Shown here: positions 1-17,512 of the stretch, piece by piece
How positions within the stretch are numbered: position 1 is the first letter of the stretch
Layout: each line of letters starts with the position of its first letter
NCBI RefSeq assembly: GCF_009914755.1
Contig: NC_060925.1
Strand: one strand, 5' to 3'
Length of the DNA: 64,000 nt
From: the human T2T-CHM13v2.0 reference genome, Homo sapiens
The notes under the pieces: generated by a model
Told to the model about the DNA's origin: nothing
Databases searched by the model: none
What the model saw: only the letters and a program-made list of their open reading frames with translations
Program-made: the position numbers and the translations under genes

Positions 1-6032
<6,032 letters not shown>

Positions 6033-6254
6033 CAGATCAATCCATCATTCTTTGTATTTTCTATTTTTAGCTTCATTTGTGCTGTATATTAATAAACATC
6101 TTATGTTTTCATCCAATATGTTGTTAAACATACTGAACAGGACAGAGATGAGGCCAGTGGGCAGTGGTGGGTGGTGGTGGATCAGTAATGTCTGGGGACA
6201 GTCACATCTTCTGGCACCTGGCAGGGCTTAAAAACTCTCATCTATGAGTTTTGC

Positions 6255-6385
6255 AAGTGCTTTCACATTGGTTATCTCATTTGAGCTTCACAACAACCTC
6301 ATGAGAGAGGCTGTACAGATGTTGCTATATGGATTCTCAGAGAATGCTGATGAAATCAAGGCTATTCGAAGTTAAGTAACTTTTT
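6255..6385. mobile_element. MIR fragment split by the L1 insertion; it resumes at ~13104-13185
   Basis: gttaagtaact ... acatagcagtaagcaggag ... ctgacttccaagcc reassembles into MIR core-like sequence once the L1 is removed. Confidence 0.65.
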
Positions 6386-9300
6386 TTTTATTATTATGCT
6401 TTAAGTTCTGGGATACATGTGCAGAGCGTGCAGGTTTGTTACGTAGGTATACACATGCCATGGTGGTTTGCTGCACCCAACAACCCATCATCTACATTAG
6501 GTATTTCTCCTAATGCTATCCCTCCCCTAGGCCCTCACCCCACAACAGGCTCTGGTGTGTGATATTCCCCGCCCTGTATCCATGTGTTCTCATTGTTCAA
6601 CTCCCAGTTATAAGTGAGAACATGCAATGTTTCATTTTCTGTTCCTATATTCGTTTGCTGAGAATGATGGTTTCCAGCTTCATCCATGTCCCTGCAAAGG
6701 ACATGAACTCATCCTTTTTTATGGCTGCATAGTATTTCATGGTGTATATGTGCCACTTTTTCTTTATCCAGTCTATCATTGATGGGGATTTGGGTTGGTT
6801 GCAAGTCTTTGCTATTGTGAATAGTGCTGCAATAAACATATGTGTGCATGTGTCTTTATAGTAGCATGATTTATAATCCTAGTAATTGCTAGTACAATGC
6901 CGGTTAGGCCACCCACAGTGAAGAGAAAAATGAATCCCAGGGCTCAGAGTACTGCAGCAGATCACTTCATGTTGCTTCCGTGGAGTGTAGTGAGTCATAT
7001 ACCCAGTAATGGGATGGCTGGGTCAGATGATATTTCTGGTTCTAGATCCTTGAGGAATCACCACACTGCCTTCCACAATGGTTGAACTAATTTACACGCC
7101 CACCAACAGTGTAAAAGTGTTCCTATTTCTCCACATCCTCTCCAGCATCTGTTGTTTCCTGACTTTTTAATGATCACCATTCTAACTGGTGTGAGATGGT
7201 ATCTCATTGTGGTTTTGATTTGCATTTCTCTGATGGCCAGTGATGATGAGCATTTTGTCATGTGTCTGTTGGCTGCATAAATGTCTTCTTTTGAGAAGTG
7301 TCTGTTCATATCCTTCACCCACTTGTTGATGGGGTTGTTTGTTTTTTCTTGTAAATTTGTTTGAGTTCTTTGTAGATTCTGGATATTAGCCCTTTGTCAG
7401 ATGAGTGTCTCATTGTGGTTTTGTTTTGCATTTCTATAATGACCAATGATGGTGAGCTTTTTTTTTCATATGTTTGTTGGCTGCATAAATGTCTTCTTTT
7501 GAGAAGTGTCTGTTCATATCCTTTGCCCACTTTTTGATGAGGTTGTTTGTTTTTTTCTTGTAAATTTGTCTAAGTTCCTTGTAGATTCTGGATATTAGCC
7601 CTTTGTCAGAGGGATAGTTTGCAAAAATTTTCTCCCATTCTATAGGTTGCCTGTTCACTCTGATGAGAGTTTCTTTTGCTGTGCAGAAGCTCTTTAGTTT
7701 AACTAAATCTCATTTGTCAATTTTGGCTTTTGTTACCATTTTTTTTTTGGTGTTTTAGACATGAAGTCTTTGCCCATGCCTATGTCCTGAATGGTATTGC
7801 CTAGGTTTTCTTCTAGGGTTTTTATGGTTTTAGGTCTTACATTTAAGTCTTTAATCCATCTTGAGTTAAATTTTGTATAAGGTGCAAAGAAGGGTACCAG
7901 TTTTGATTTTCTGCACATGGCCAGCCAGTGTTCCAGCACCATTTATTAAATAGGGAATCCTTTCCCCATTGCTTGTTTTTGTCAGCTTTGTCAAAGATCA
8001 GATGGCTGTAGATGTGCGGTCTTATTTCTGAGTCTCTATTCTGTTCCACTGGTCTATGTGTCTGTTTTAGTACCAGTACCATGCTGTTTTGGTTACTGTA
8101 AACTTGTAGTATAGTTTGAAGTCAGGTAGTGTAATGCCTCCAGCTTTGTTCTTTTTGCTTACAATTGTCTTGACTGTACAGGCTCTTTTTTGCTTCCATA
8201 TGAATTTTAAAATAGTTTTTTCTAATTCTGTGAAGAATGTCAATGTTAGTTTAATGGGTGTAGCATTGAATTTATAAATTACTTTGGGCAGTGTGGCCAT
8301 TTTCATGATATTGATTCTTCCTGTCTGGGAGCATGGAGTGTTTTTCCATTTGTTTGCATCCTCTCTGATTTCCTTGAGCAGTGGTTTGTAGTTCTCCTTA
8401 AAGAGGTCCTTCACTCCCCTTGTTAGCTGTATTCCTAGGTATTGTATTCTCTTTGTAGCAATTGTAAATGGGAGTTCATTCATGATTTGGCTCTCTGCTT
8501 GTCTGTTATTGGTGTACAGGAATGCTTGTGATTTTTGCACATTGATTTTGTATCCTGAGAGTTTGCTGAATTTGTTTACCAGCTTAAGGAGATTTTGGGC
8601 TGAGATGATGGAGTTTTCTGAATATATAATCATGTCATCTGCAAACAGAGACCATTTGTCTTTCTCTCTTCCTATTTTAATACCCTTTATTTCTTTCTCT
8701 TGCCTGATTGCCCTGGCCAGAATGTTGAATAGGAGTGGTGAGAGAGGGCATCCTTGTCTTGTGCTGGTTTTCAAAAGGAATGCTTCCAGCATTTGCCCAT
8801 GCAGTATGATATTGGCTGTGGGTTTGTCATAAATAGCTCTTATTATTTTGAGATACGTTACGTCAATACCTAGTTTATTGAGAGTTTTTAGCATAAAGGA
8901 GTGTTGAATTTTGTCGAAGGCCTTCTCTGCGTATATTGAGATAATCATGTGGTTTTTGTCATTGGTTCTGTTTATTGATTTGCATATGTTGAACCTTGGA
9001 TCCCAGGGATGAAGCTGACGTGATCATGGTGGATAAGCTTTTGATATGGTGCTGGATTCAGTTTGCCAGTATTTTATTGGGGGTTTTCACATTGATGTTC
9101 ATCAGTGATATTGTCCTGAAATTTTCTTTTTTTGTTGTGCCTCTGCCAGGTTTTGTTATCAGGATGATGCTGACCTCATAAAATGAGTTAGAGAGGAGTC
9201 CCTCTTTTTCTATTGTTTGGAATAGTTTCAGAAGGAATGGTACCAACTCCTCTTGGTAGCTCTTGTAGAATTTGGCTCTGAATCCACCTGGTCTTGGGCT

Positions 9301-12300
9301 TTTTTTTGTTGTTAGGGTATTAATTACTGCCTCAATTTCAGAACTTGTTATTGGTCTATTCAGGGATTTGACTTCCTGGTTTAGTCTTGGGAGGGTGTAT
9401 GTGTCCAGGAATTTATCCATTTCTTCTAGATTTTCTAGTTTATTTGCATAGAGGTGTTTATAGTATTCTCTGATGGTTGTTTGTATTCCTATGGGATCAG
9501 TGGTGATGTCTCCTTCATCATTTTTTTATTGTATCTATTTGATTCTTCTCTCTTTTCTTCTTTATTAGTCTGGCTAGCCATCTATCTATTTTGTTCATCT
9601 TTTCAAAAAATGAGCTCCTGGGTTCATTGATGTTTTGAAGGGTTTTTCGTGACTCTATCTCCTTCAGTTCTGCTCTGATCTTAGTTATTTCTTGCCTTCT
9701 GCTAGCTTTTGAATTTGTTTGCTCTTGCTTCTTTAGTTCTTTTAATTGTGATGTTAGGGTGTCAATTTTAGATCTTTCCTGCATTCTCTTGTGGGCATTT
9801 AGTGCTATAAATTTCCCTGTACACACTGCTTTAAATATGTCCCAGAGATCCTGGTACATTGTGTCTTCATTCTCATTGGTTTCAAAGAACTCATTTATTT
9901 CTGCCTTAATTTTGTTATTTACCCAGTAGTCATTCAGGAGCAGGTTGTTCAGTTTCCACGTAGTTGTGCGGTTTTTAGTGAGTTTCTTATTCCTGAGTTC
10001 TGATTTGATTGCACTGTGGTCTGACAGACTGTTTGTTATGATTTCCGTTCTTTTGCATTTGTTGAGGAGTGTTTACTTCCAATTATGTGGTCAATCTTAG
10101 AGTAAGTATGATGTGGTGCTGAGAAGAATGTATATTCTGTTAATTTGGGGTGGAGAGTTCTGTAGAGGTCTATTAGGTCTGCTTGGTCCAGAGCTGAGTT
10201 CAAGTCCTGAATATCCTTGTTAATTTTCTGTCTTGTTCATCTGTCTAATACTGACAGTAGGGTGTTAAAGTCTCCCACTATTATTGTGTGGGAGTCTAAG
10301 TCTCTTTTTAGGTCTCTAAGAACTTTCTTTATGAATCTGGGTGCTCCTGTATTGGGTGCATATGTATTTAGGATAGTTAGCTCTCTTGTTGCATTGATCC
10401 CTTTACCATTATGTAATGCCCTTCTTTGTCTTTTTGATCTTTGTTGGTTTAAAGTCTGTTTTATCTGTGACTAGGATTGCAACCCATGCTTTTATTTTAC
10501 TTTCCATTTGCTTGGTAAATCTTCCTCCATCCCTTTATTTTGAGCCTAAGTGTGTCTTTGCATGTGAGATGGGTCTCCTGAATACAGCACACCAATGGGT
10601 CTTGACTCTATCCAATTTTCCAGTCTGTGTCTTTTAATTGGGGGCATTTAGCCCATTTACATTTAAGGTTAATATTGTTATGTGTGAATTTGATCCTATC
10701 ATTATGATGCTAGCTGGTTATTTTGCCCATTAGTTGATGTAGTTTCTTCATAGCATTGATGGTCTTTACAATTTGGTATGTTTTTGCAGTGGCTGGTACT
10801 GGCTTTTCCTTTCCATGTTTAGTGCTTCCTTCAGGAACTCTTGTAAGGCAGGCCTGGTGGTGACAAAATCTCTCAGCATTTGCTTGTCTGTAAAGGACTT
10901 TATTTCTCCTTCACTCATGAAGCTTAATTTGGCTGGATATGAAATTCTGGGTTGAAAATTCTTTTCTTTAAGAATGTTGAATATTGGCCTCCACTCTCTT
11001 CTGGCTGTAGGGTTTCTGCAGAGACCCACTGTTAATCTGATGGGCTTCCCTTTGTGGGTAACCTCACCTTTCTCTCTTGCTCCTTTTAACATTTTTTCCT
11101 TCATTTCAACCTTGGTGAATCTGACAATTATTTGTCTTGGGGTTGCTTTTCTCGAGGAGTATCTTTGTGGTGTTCTCTGTATTTCCTAAATTTGAATGTT
11201 GGCCTGCCTTGCTAGGTTGGGGAAGTTCTCCTGGATAATATCCTGAAGAGTGTTTTCCAACTTGGTTCCATTCTCCCCATCACTTTCAGGTATACCAATC
11301 AAACATAGGTTTGGTCTTTTCACATAGTCCCATATTTCTTGGAGGCTTTGTTCATTCTTTTTCATTCTTTTTTCTTGAGTCTTGTCTTCATGCTTGATTT
11401 CATTAAGTTGATCTTTAATCTCTTTTATCCTTTCTTCTGCTTGATTGATTTGGCTGTTAATACTTATGTATGCTTCACGAAGTTCTCGTGCTGTGTTTTT
11501 CAGCTCCATCCGGTCATTTATCTTCTTTTCTAAGCTGGTTATTCTAGTTAGCAATTCCTCTAACCTTTTTTCAAGGTTCTTAACTTCCTTGCATTGGGTT
11601 AGAACATGCTCCTTTCACTCAGAGGAGTTTGTTATTACCCACCTCTGAAGCCTACTTCTGTCAATTCATCAAACTCATTCTCTGTCCAGTTTTGTTCCCT
11701 TGCTAGTGAGCAGTTGTGATCCTTTGGAGGAGAAGAGGTATTCTGGCTTTTGGAATTTTCAGCCTTTTTGCACTGGTTTTTCCTCATCTTCATGGATTTA
11801 TCTACCTTTGGTCTTTGATGTTGATGGCCTTCTGTTGGGTTTTTGTGTGGACATCCTTTTTGTTGATGTTGATGCTATTCCTTTCTGTTTGTTAGTTTTC
11901 CTTCTAACAGTCAGGACCATCTGCTGCAGGTCTGCTGGAGTTTGCTGGAAGTCCACTCCAGACCCTCTTTGCCTGGCTATCACCAGCGGAGGCTGCAGAA
12001 CATCAAATATTGCTACCTCTTCCTCCCTCCAGAAGCTTCATCCCAGAGGGGCACCCACCAGATGCCAGCTGTCACTCTCCTGTATGAGGTTTCTGTCGAC
12101 CCCTGCTGGGAGGTGTCTCCCAGTCAGGAGGCACTGGAGGAGGTGCCTTGAGGAGGCAGTCTCTCCCTTAGCAGAGCTTGAGCGCTGTGCTGTGAGATCC
12201 GCTGCTCTCTTCAGAGCTGGCAGGCAGGAACGTTTAAGTCTGCTGAAGCTGCGCTTACAGCCGCCCCTTCTCCCAGGTGCTCTGTCCCAGGGAGATGGGA

Positions 12301-13103
12301 GTTTTATCTATAAGCTCCTGACTGGGGCTGCTGCCTCTCTTTCAGAGATGCCCTGCCCGGAGAGGAGGAATCTAGAGAGGCAGTCTGGCTACAGCAGCTT
12401 TGCTGAGCTGTGGTGGGTTCTGCCCATTTTGAACTTCCCAGCGGCTTTGTTTACACTGTGAGGGAAAAACCGCCTACTCAAGCCTCAGTAATGGCAGATG
12501 CCCCTCCCCCCACCAAGCTCTAGCATCCCAGGTCAATTTCAGAGTGCTGTGCTGGCAGCAAGAATTTCAAACCAGTGGGTCTTAGCCATGGGGGTGGGAT
12601 CCATTGAGTTAGACCACTTGGCTCCCCAGCTTCAACCCCCTTTCCAGGGGAGTGAACAGTCTGTTTTGCTAGCGTTCCAGGCACCACTGGAGTATGAAAA
12701 AAACTCCTGGAGCTAGCTCTGTGTCTGCCCAAACGGCCACCAAATTTTGTGCTTGAAACCCAGGTGTAGGCACCTGAGGGAATCTCCTGGTCTGCGGGTT
12801 ACAAAGACTGTGGGAAAAGCATGGTTTCTGGGCCAGAATGCGCCATTCCTCGTGGTACAGTCCCTTACGACTTCCCTTGGCAAGGGGAGGGACTTCCCTG
12901 ACCCCTTGTGTTTCCCTGGTGAGGTGGCACCCCTCCCTGCTTCTGCTTGCCCTCTGTGGGCTGCACCCACTGTCTAACCAGTCTTAATAAGATGAGCTGG
13001 GTACCTCAGTTGGAAATGCAGATATCATCCACCTTCTGTGTTGATCTCGCTGGGAGCTGCAGCCTGGAGCTGTCACTAGTTGGCCATCTTGCCCAGGCGA
13101 CCA
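6386..13103 (-). mobile_element. Full-length LINE-1 (L1PA8-like), disrupted, with target-site duplication
   Basis: Poly(T) tail at 6381 and 5' start ggccatcttgcc at ~13082-13093. TSD gaagttaagtaacttttt (6368-6385) vs gaatttaagtaacttttt (13104-13121), 17/18 match. ORF2 RT fragment 8067-8948 and ORF1 fragments 10766-11554. Confidence 0.95.
6881..6997 (-). pseudogene. MT-CO1: NUMT: nuclear copy of a mitochondrial COX1 fragment inserted in L1 ORF2
   Basis: The reverse complement read in the vertebrate mitochondrial code (TGA=Trp) gives [37 protein letters not shown]. Human COX1 as recalled is [37 protein letters not shown]. The insert interrupts the L1 sequence ttataatcct|...|tatacccagtaat. Confidence 0.95.
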
Positions 13104-13310
13104 GAATTTAAGTAACTTTTTGAGGCTGACATAGCAGTAAGCAGGAGATCCAGGTCTCAAATCCTCTTCTGACTTCCAAGCCTATGATTTTTTTTTCACT
13201 TGCCTAATAATAATAGTCATTTTCATTGAAAATTAAGTTCTTTTTTTTTCTTTTTATTACTCCTCAAACTTGCAAGAAGTGGCTAGTTGCACAGTTCCTC
13301 ATTTGGCTCT

Positions 13311-13425
13311 ATGCACCATGAGGGCAAGGACTGTGCTGTCCTGTTCACAGTTACATCCTTTGTGCCTATACAGTGACCAGCACAGAGTATGTGTTCAGTG
13401 AATGTGTGCTGAGTATATAAATAAG
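13311..13425 (+). mobile_element. L2 3'-end fragment
   Basis: ccatgagggcaaggactgtg...gttcac...cagcacagagtatgtgttcagtgaatgtgtgctgagt resembles the L2 3' terminus. Confidence 0.65.
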
Positions 13426-14568
13426 TGGCTGAACACAAACTATTATCTAAATGTAATTGTTAGTAATAATAATTCTTCCTTTATTTAGCAGGGCTAGGAT
13501 TTTAAATTGCTTCCTGCTATTAACACTGAATAAATATGGCAATATGGCTATACTACATTCTCTTAATATAGAATTCAATACTCTCCAAATACACTCTGTT
13601 TATCCTCACACACACCTTGACAATAGGTATGGGTTAGTGGTGCTATCATTTCATCACTCATAAGAATAGGGAGATTCTTTACCTCACCCAAGACTGCACA
13701 GGCATTTTCAGGAGCAGCCGTTAATAGATTTTATGTTTCTTTATATTCAGCCCATTGCTGAGGATGCTAAATCCTACTAAAGCTATAGGCACCAGAGCCT
13801 TATGCTGCTTCAAGGGTCTACAATACTCCCAAATTAATTCATGGAAATGGCTGCAGCATTGTGGAAAAACAGCTGGTTACTTCCCAGCAGAATTAGCTGT
13901 AACCAGTTTAGTCACTTGTTGAGAGAAGACAGGAAATCTCTTGCAAAAGTCAGCCACATTCCCCACAATATAATAGCAAGTAAATCATTCCTGAGGAGCC
14001 CTGGGTGCCTGGCTGGTTTAGGAAGATTCAGGGACAGACAGAGAGCTGTAGTCTAAAGAATGTGAGAGATTTTAGAGCCAGACCTAAGTCTTTGATTTGG
14101 TGACTCCGTTACACATGGGGAAATATTTTGAGAGCAGTGAGAATGATTTGTCAGTGAAGTTTAACCAGAAATGTGGCCAGGCAGGAAATCTTGAGCCACG
14201 TTCAGGCAGCTGCTGATGCATGGACAAAATCAGTTCAATTTTCCTGCCTGAGACTGGCAACGAACTATTGGTCTCCAACCCAACAGGCCCTGAAATGGCC
14301 TACAAGCTGGAGTGAGAGGACAGCCTGCCCAAAAGTAGTCAAACCATGGCCCGTTTATTTATTAGTATACTTTTAAATTAAATATTTTTAAAGGATTACA
14401 GTCACACTAAAAACGTACAAGTATGGTAGAAGTAACTGTTTTTCCTTAACCCTTTGAGAATAAGCTGCTAACCTGATTCCCTATTATCCCAAAAACTTCA
14501 GTGTTTATTTCCTACAAAGACATTCTTCCATATGCTTATATAGACTATATATAGTATATACAATACAA

Positions 14569-14723
<155 letters not shown>

Positions 14724-15095
14724 TTAACCTTGATGAATCATTTTTATCAGATCCCATTCCAAGTTTTGCCAAGTGTTGCAATAATACTCTTTATAGCAAG
14801 AGGATCCAGTTCAAAATGCTGCATGTATCACATCTTTGGCTAACTTCAATTTGAAATGGTTCCTCATCTTTCCTTGACTGTCATATCCTTGCCACTTTCG
14901 AAGATTGTAGGCCAGTTATTTTGTAGAATGTCTCTCAATTCAGAGCCATCTGCTGTTTCCTCAGAATAGACTTGGGTTATGCATCTTTGGAAAGAATAAC
15001 ATAGAAGTGATACTGTGTTCTTCTCAGTGCATCATGCCAGGTAGTGCAAAACTTCAATTTTTCCCATTATTGATGATGTCAATTTTGGTTGCTTT

Positions 15096-15403
15096 ATTTA
15101 TTTATTTATTTATTTATTTTGGCACGGAGTTTTGCTCTTGTTGCCCAGGCTGGAGTGCAGTGGCGTGATCTTGACTCACTGCAACCTCTGCCTCCAGGGT
15201 TCAAGTGATTCTCTTACCTCAGCCTCCTGAGTAGCTGGGATTACAGGCACGCACCATCACACCTGGCTAATTTTTGTATTTTTAGTAGAGATGCAGTTTC
15301 ACCATGTTGTCCAGGCTGGTCTCAAACTCCTGACCTCAGGTGATCCACCCATCTCAGCCTCCCAAAGTGCTGGGATTAGAGGCATGAGCCACCGCTCCCA
15401 GCC
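15096..15403 (-). mobile_element. AluS
   Basis: Full dimer with a (TTTA)n tail; gttgctttatt is duplicated on both sides. Confidence 0.93.
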
Positions 15404-16738
15404 AAGAGTTGCTTTATTAAGATGATGTCTACTAGTCTCCGGTTTCAAGTTACTTCTTTTTGTAATTAATGAATATTTTGTGTGAAAAATGTTGAAGCTT
15501 TGTAACTATTCTATTCCTGAACAAACTTTTAATTAATTTATTTATTGTTTTATACCTGTATGGGCTCATGGTTTCCTATTTTATTCAATGAATTATGATC
15601 TGTTACTATCATTCTTTGATACTCAAATTGTCTCCAGTTTGGCCATTGGAAGCCTCTTCAAGCTGGTGTTTGTGTGCTTTTGATATAGTCCTATCATTCT
15701 TTGAGTACTTTCTTGCCTTCTGAGGGGAAAAAATGTTATGAGCTCACCTCATACTTTCCCTGCCCAAGCCTTAAACTCAAGACATTTCTCTGAAGAGGCC
15801 TGGTTCCTTCAAGTAGAGAATGATGTTGAGAAGCCCGCATCTGGGCAACAGGTTTGGTTCTTGCTTTTGGGGTGTTTCACTTCCCAGGACTTCTCAGTGG
15901 ACATAGCTAAGAAATATATATAGATATACACACACGTTTATATCTATATTTTTATATTTCTCTCTATATATTGCAAACGGATACTTCCAATTCCAATCCA
16001 AAACCACAGAGTTCATTCTATATTTCTCATTTTTCATATTTGTTAATCCATTTTCTGATGGTAAGAAACCTGGCTCTCAATATCTTTAATATATTTAATT
16101 ATGTGACCAGTGTTCCTGTACGAGACCAATCTCCTATTTTCGTTGCTAGCCCCTCACCTGCAAATATGCCCTCCTCACTCTATATGCTAGTTCTAGCTTT
16201 CTACACCAGGCTTGAAAGAGGACTCTGAGCTACTGGCAGAAAGTGGACTGATTAAAATGACTCAGCTGCAAACATGAGCTACCTTTTGTCAAAAAGGAAA
16301 GATGACTCAGAGACCAGAGTGCAGAGTTCAGAGGTTAGAGAGCTAAACAGTCTCTATTCCCATTCCTTGAAACTTAATCAAGGAAATGTAATATTTGCTT
16401 GGCTGAATTTCAATACTGTGATGGACAGGTGACTCCTTTATTTATCTCTCATCTCTCCCATTTTTGAACCAGGATGTCTATAGCAATTATCCTATGTCTA
16501 TCTGAACATTGTATGTTGGGTACCTTGTGGGTAGATAATTTGTCTCTTAAGTTTTACAGGTTCTTAAATGGAGAGAAATTGTGCCCCAGGAATTGTACTT
16601 AATAGACTGTACCCAGGATCCCTGTCTGTACCTGAGTTATATGATTTAGATAATGAGATTTTGGATTTTGAGCTGATGAGATGAGATTTGATGAAGAGAT
16701 TTTGCTGATGATGTAATGGGATGAAGATGCTGGGATGG

Positions 16739-17512
16739 TGTATTAGTCAGCTAGGGCTGCCAAATCAAAGTACCACAAACTGGGTGACCTGGATGACAGA
16801 AATGATTTTTCTCACAATTCTGGATGTTAGAAGTCTGAAATGAAAGTATTGGCAGGGTTTTTTTTTTTTCCTGAGGGCCCATATCTTTGGCTTATAGATG
16901 CCTGTCTCTCTCTGTGTCTTCACACGGTCTTCCTTTTGTATACATCTATGCCCAAATTTCTACTTTGTATAAGGACACCAGTCATGTTACATTAGGGCCC
17001 ATCCTAAGGATCTCAATTTAATTACTTCTTTTTTTTTTCAAAAACAAGCAAACGTATATTTTGAGTCATTCTGTGTTTAAATTTATTTATTTATTTATTC
17101 ATTTATTCATTTATTTATTTTTGTTTTTCTGAGACGGAGTCTCACCCGGTTGTCCAGGCTGGAGTGCAGTGGCGTGATCTCGGCTCACCGCAATCAACGC
17201 CTCCTGGGTTCAAGCGATTCTCCTGCCTTAGCCTCCTGAGTAGCTGGGACTACAGATGTGTGCCACCACACCCGGCTAGTTTTTTGTATTTTTGGTAGAG
17301 ACAGGCTTTCACCATGTTAGACAGGATGGTCTTGATCTCCTGATCTCGTGATCTGCCTGCCTCAGCCTCCCAAAGTGCTGGGATTACAGGTGTGAGCCAC
17401 TGCGCCCGACCTTTAATTACTTCTTTAAAGACTCTATTTCCAAATACAGTCACATACTGGGAGTTAGGACTTTCATGTATGAATTTTGCGCGACACAATT
17501 TAGCCTGTAACA
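16739..17512 (-). mobile_element. MLT1B/C-like solo LTR nested in MLT1-int; contains an Alu
   Basis: Starts tgtattagtcagctagggctgcc and ends gacacaatttagcctgtaaca. Confidence 0.75.
17082..17410 (-). mobile_element. AluSc-like
   Basis: Full antisense dimer with a T-rich tail. Confidence 0.9.
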
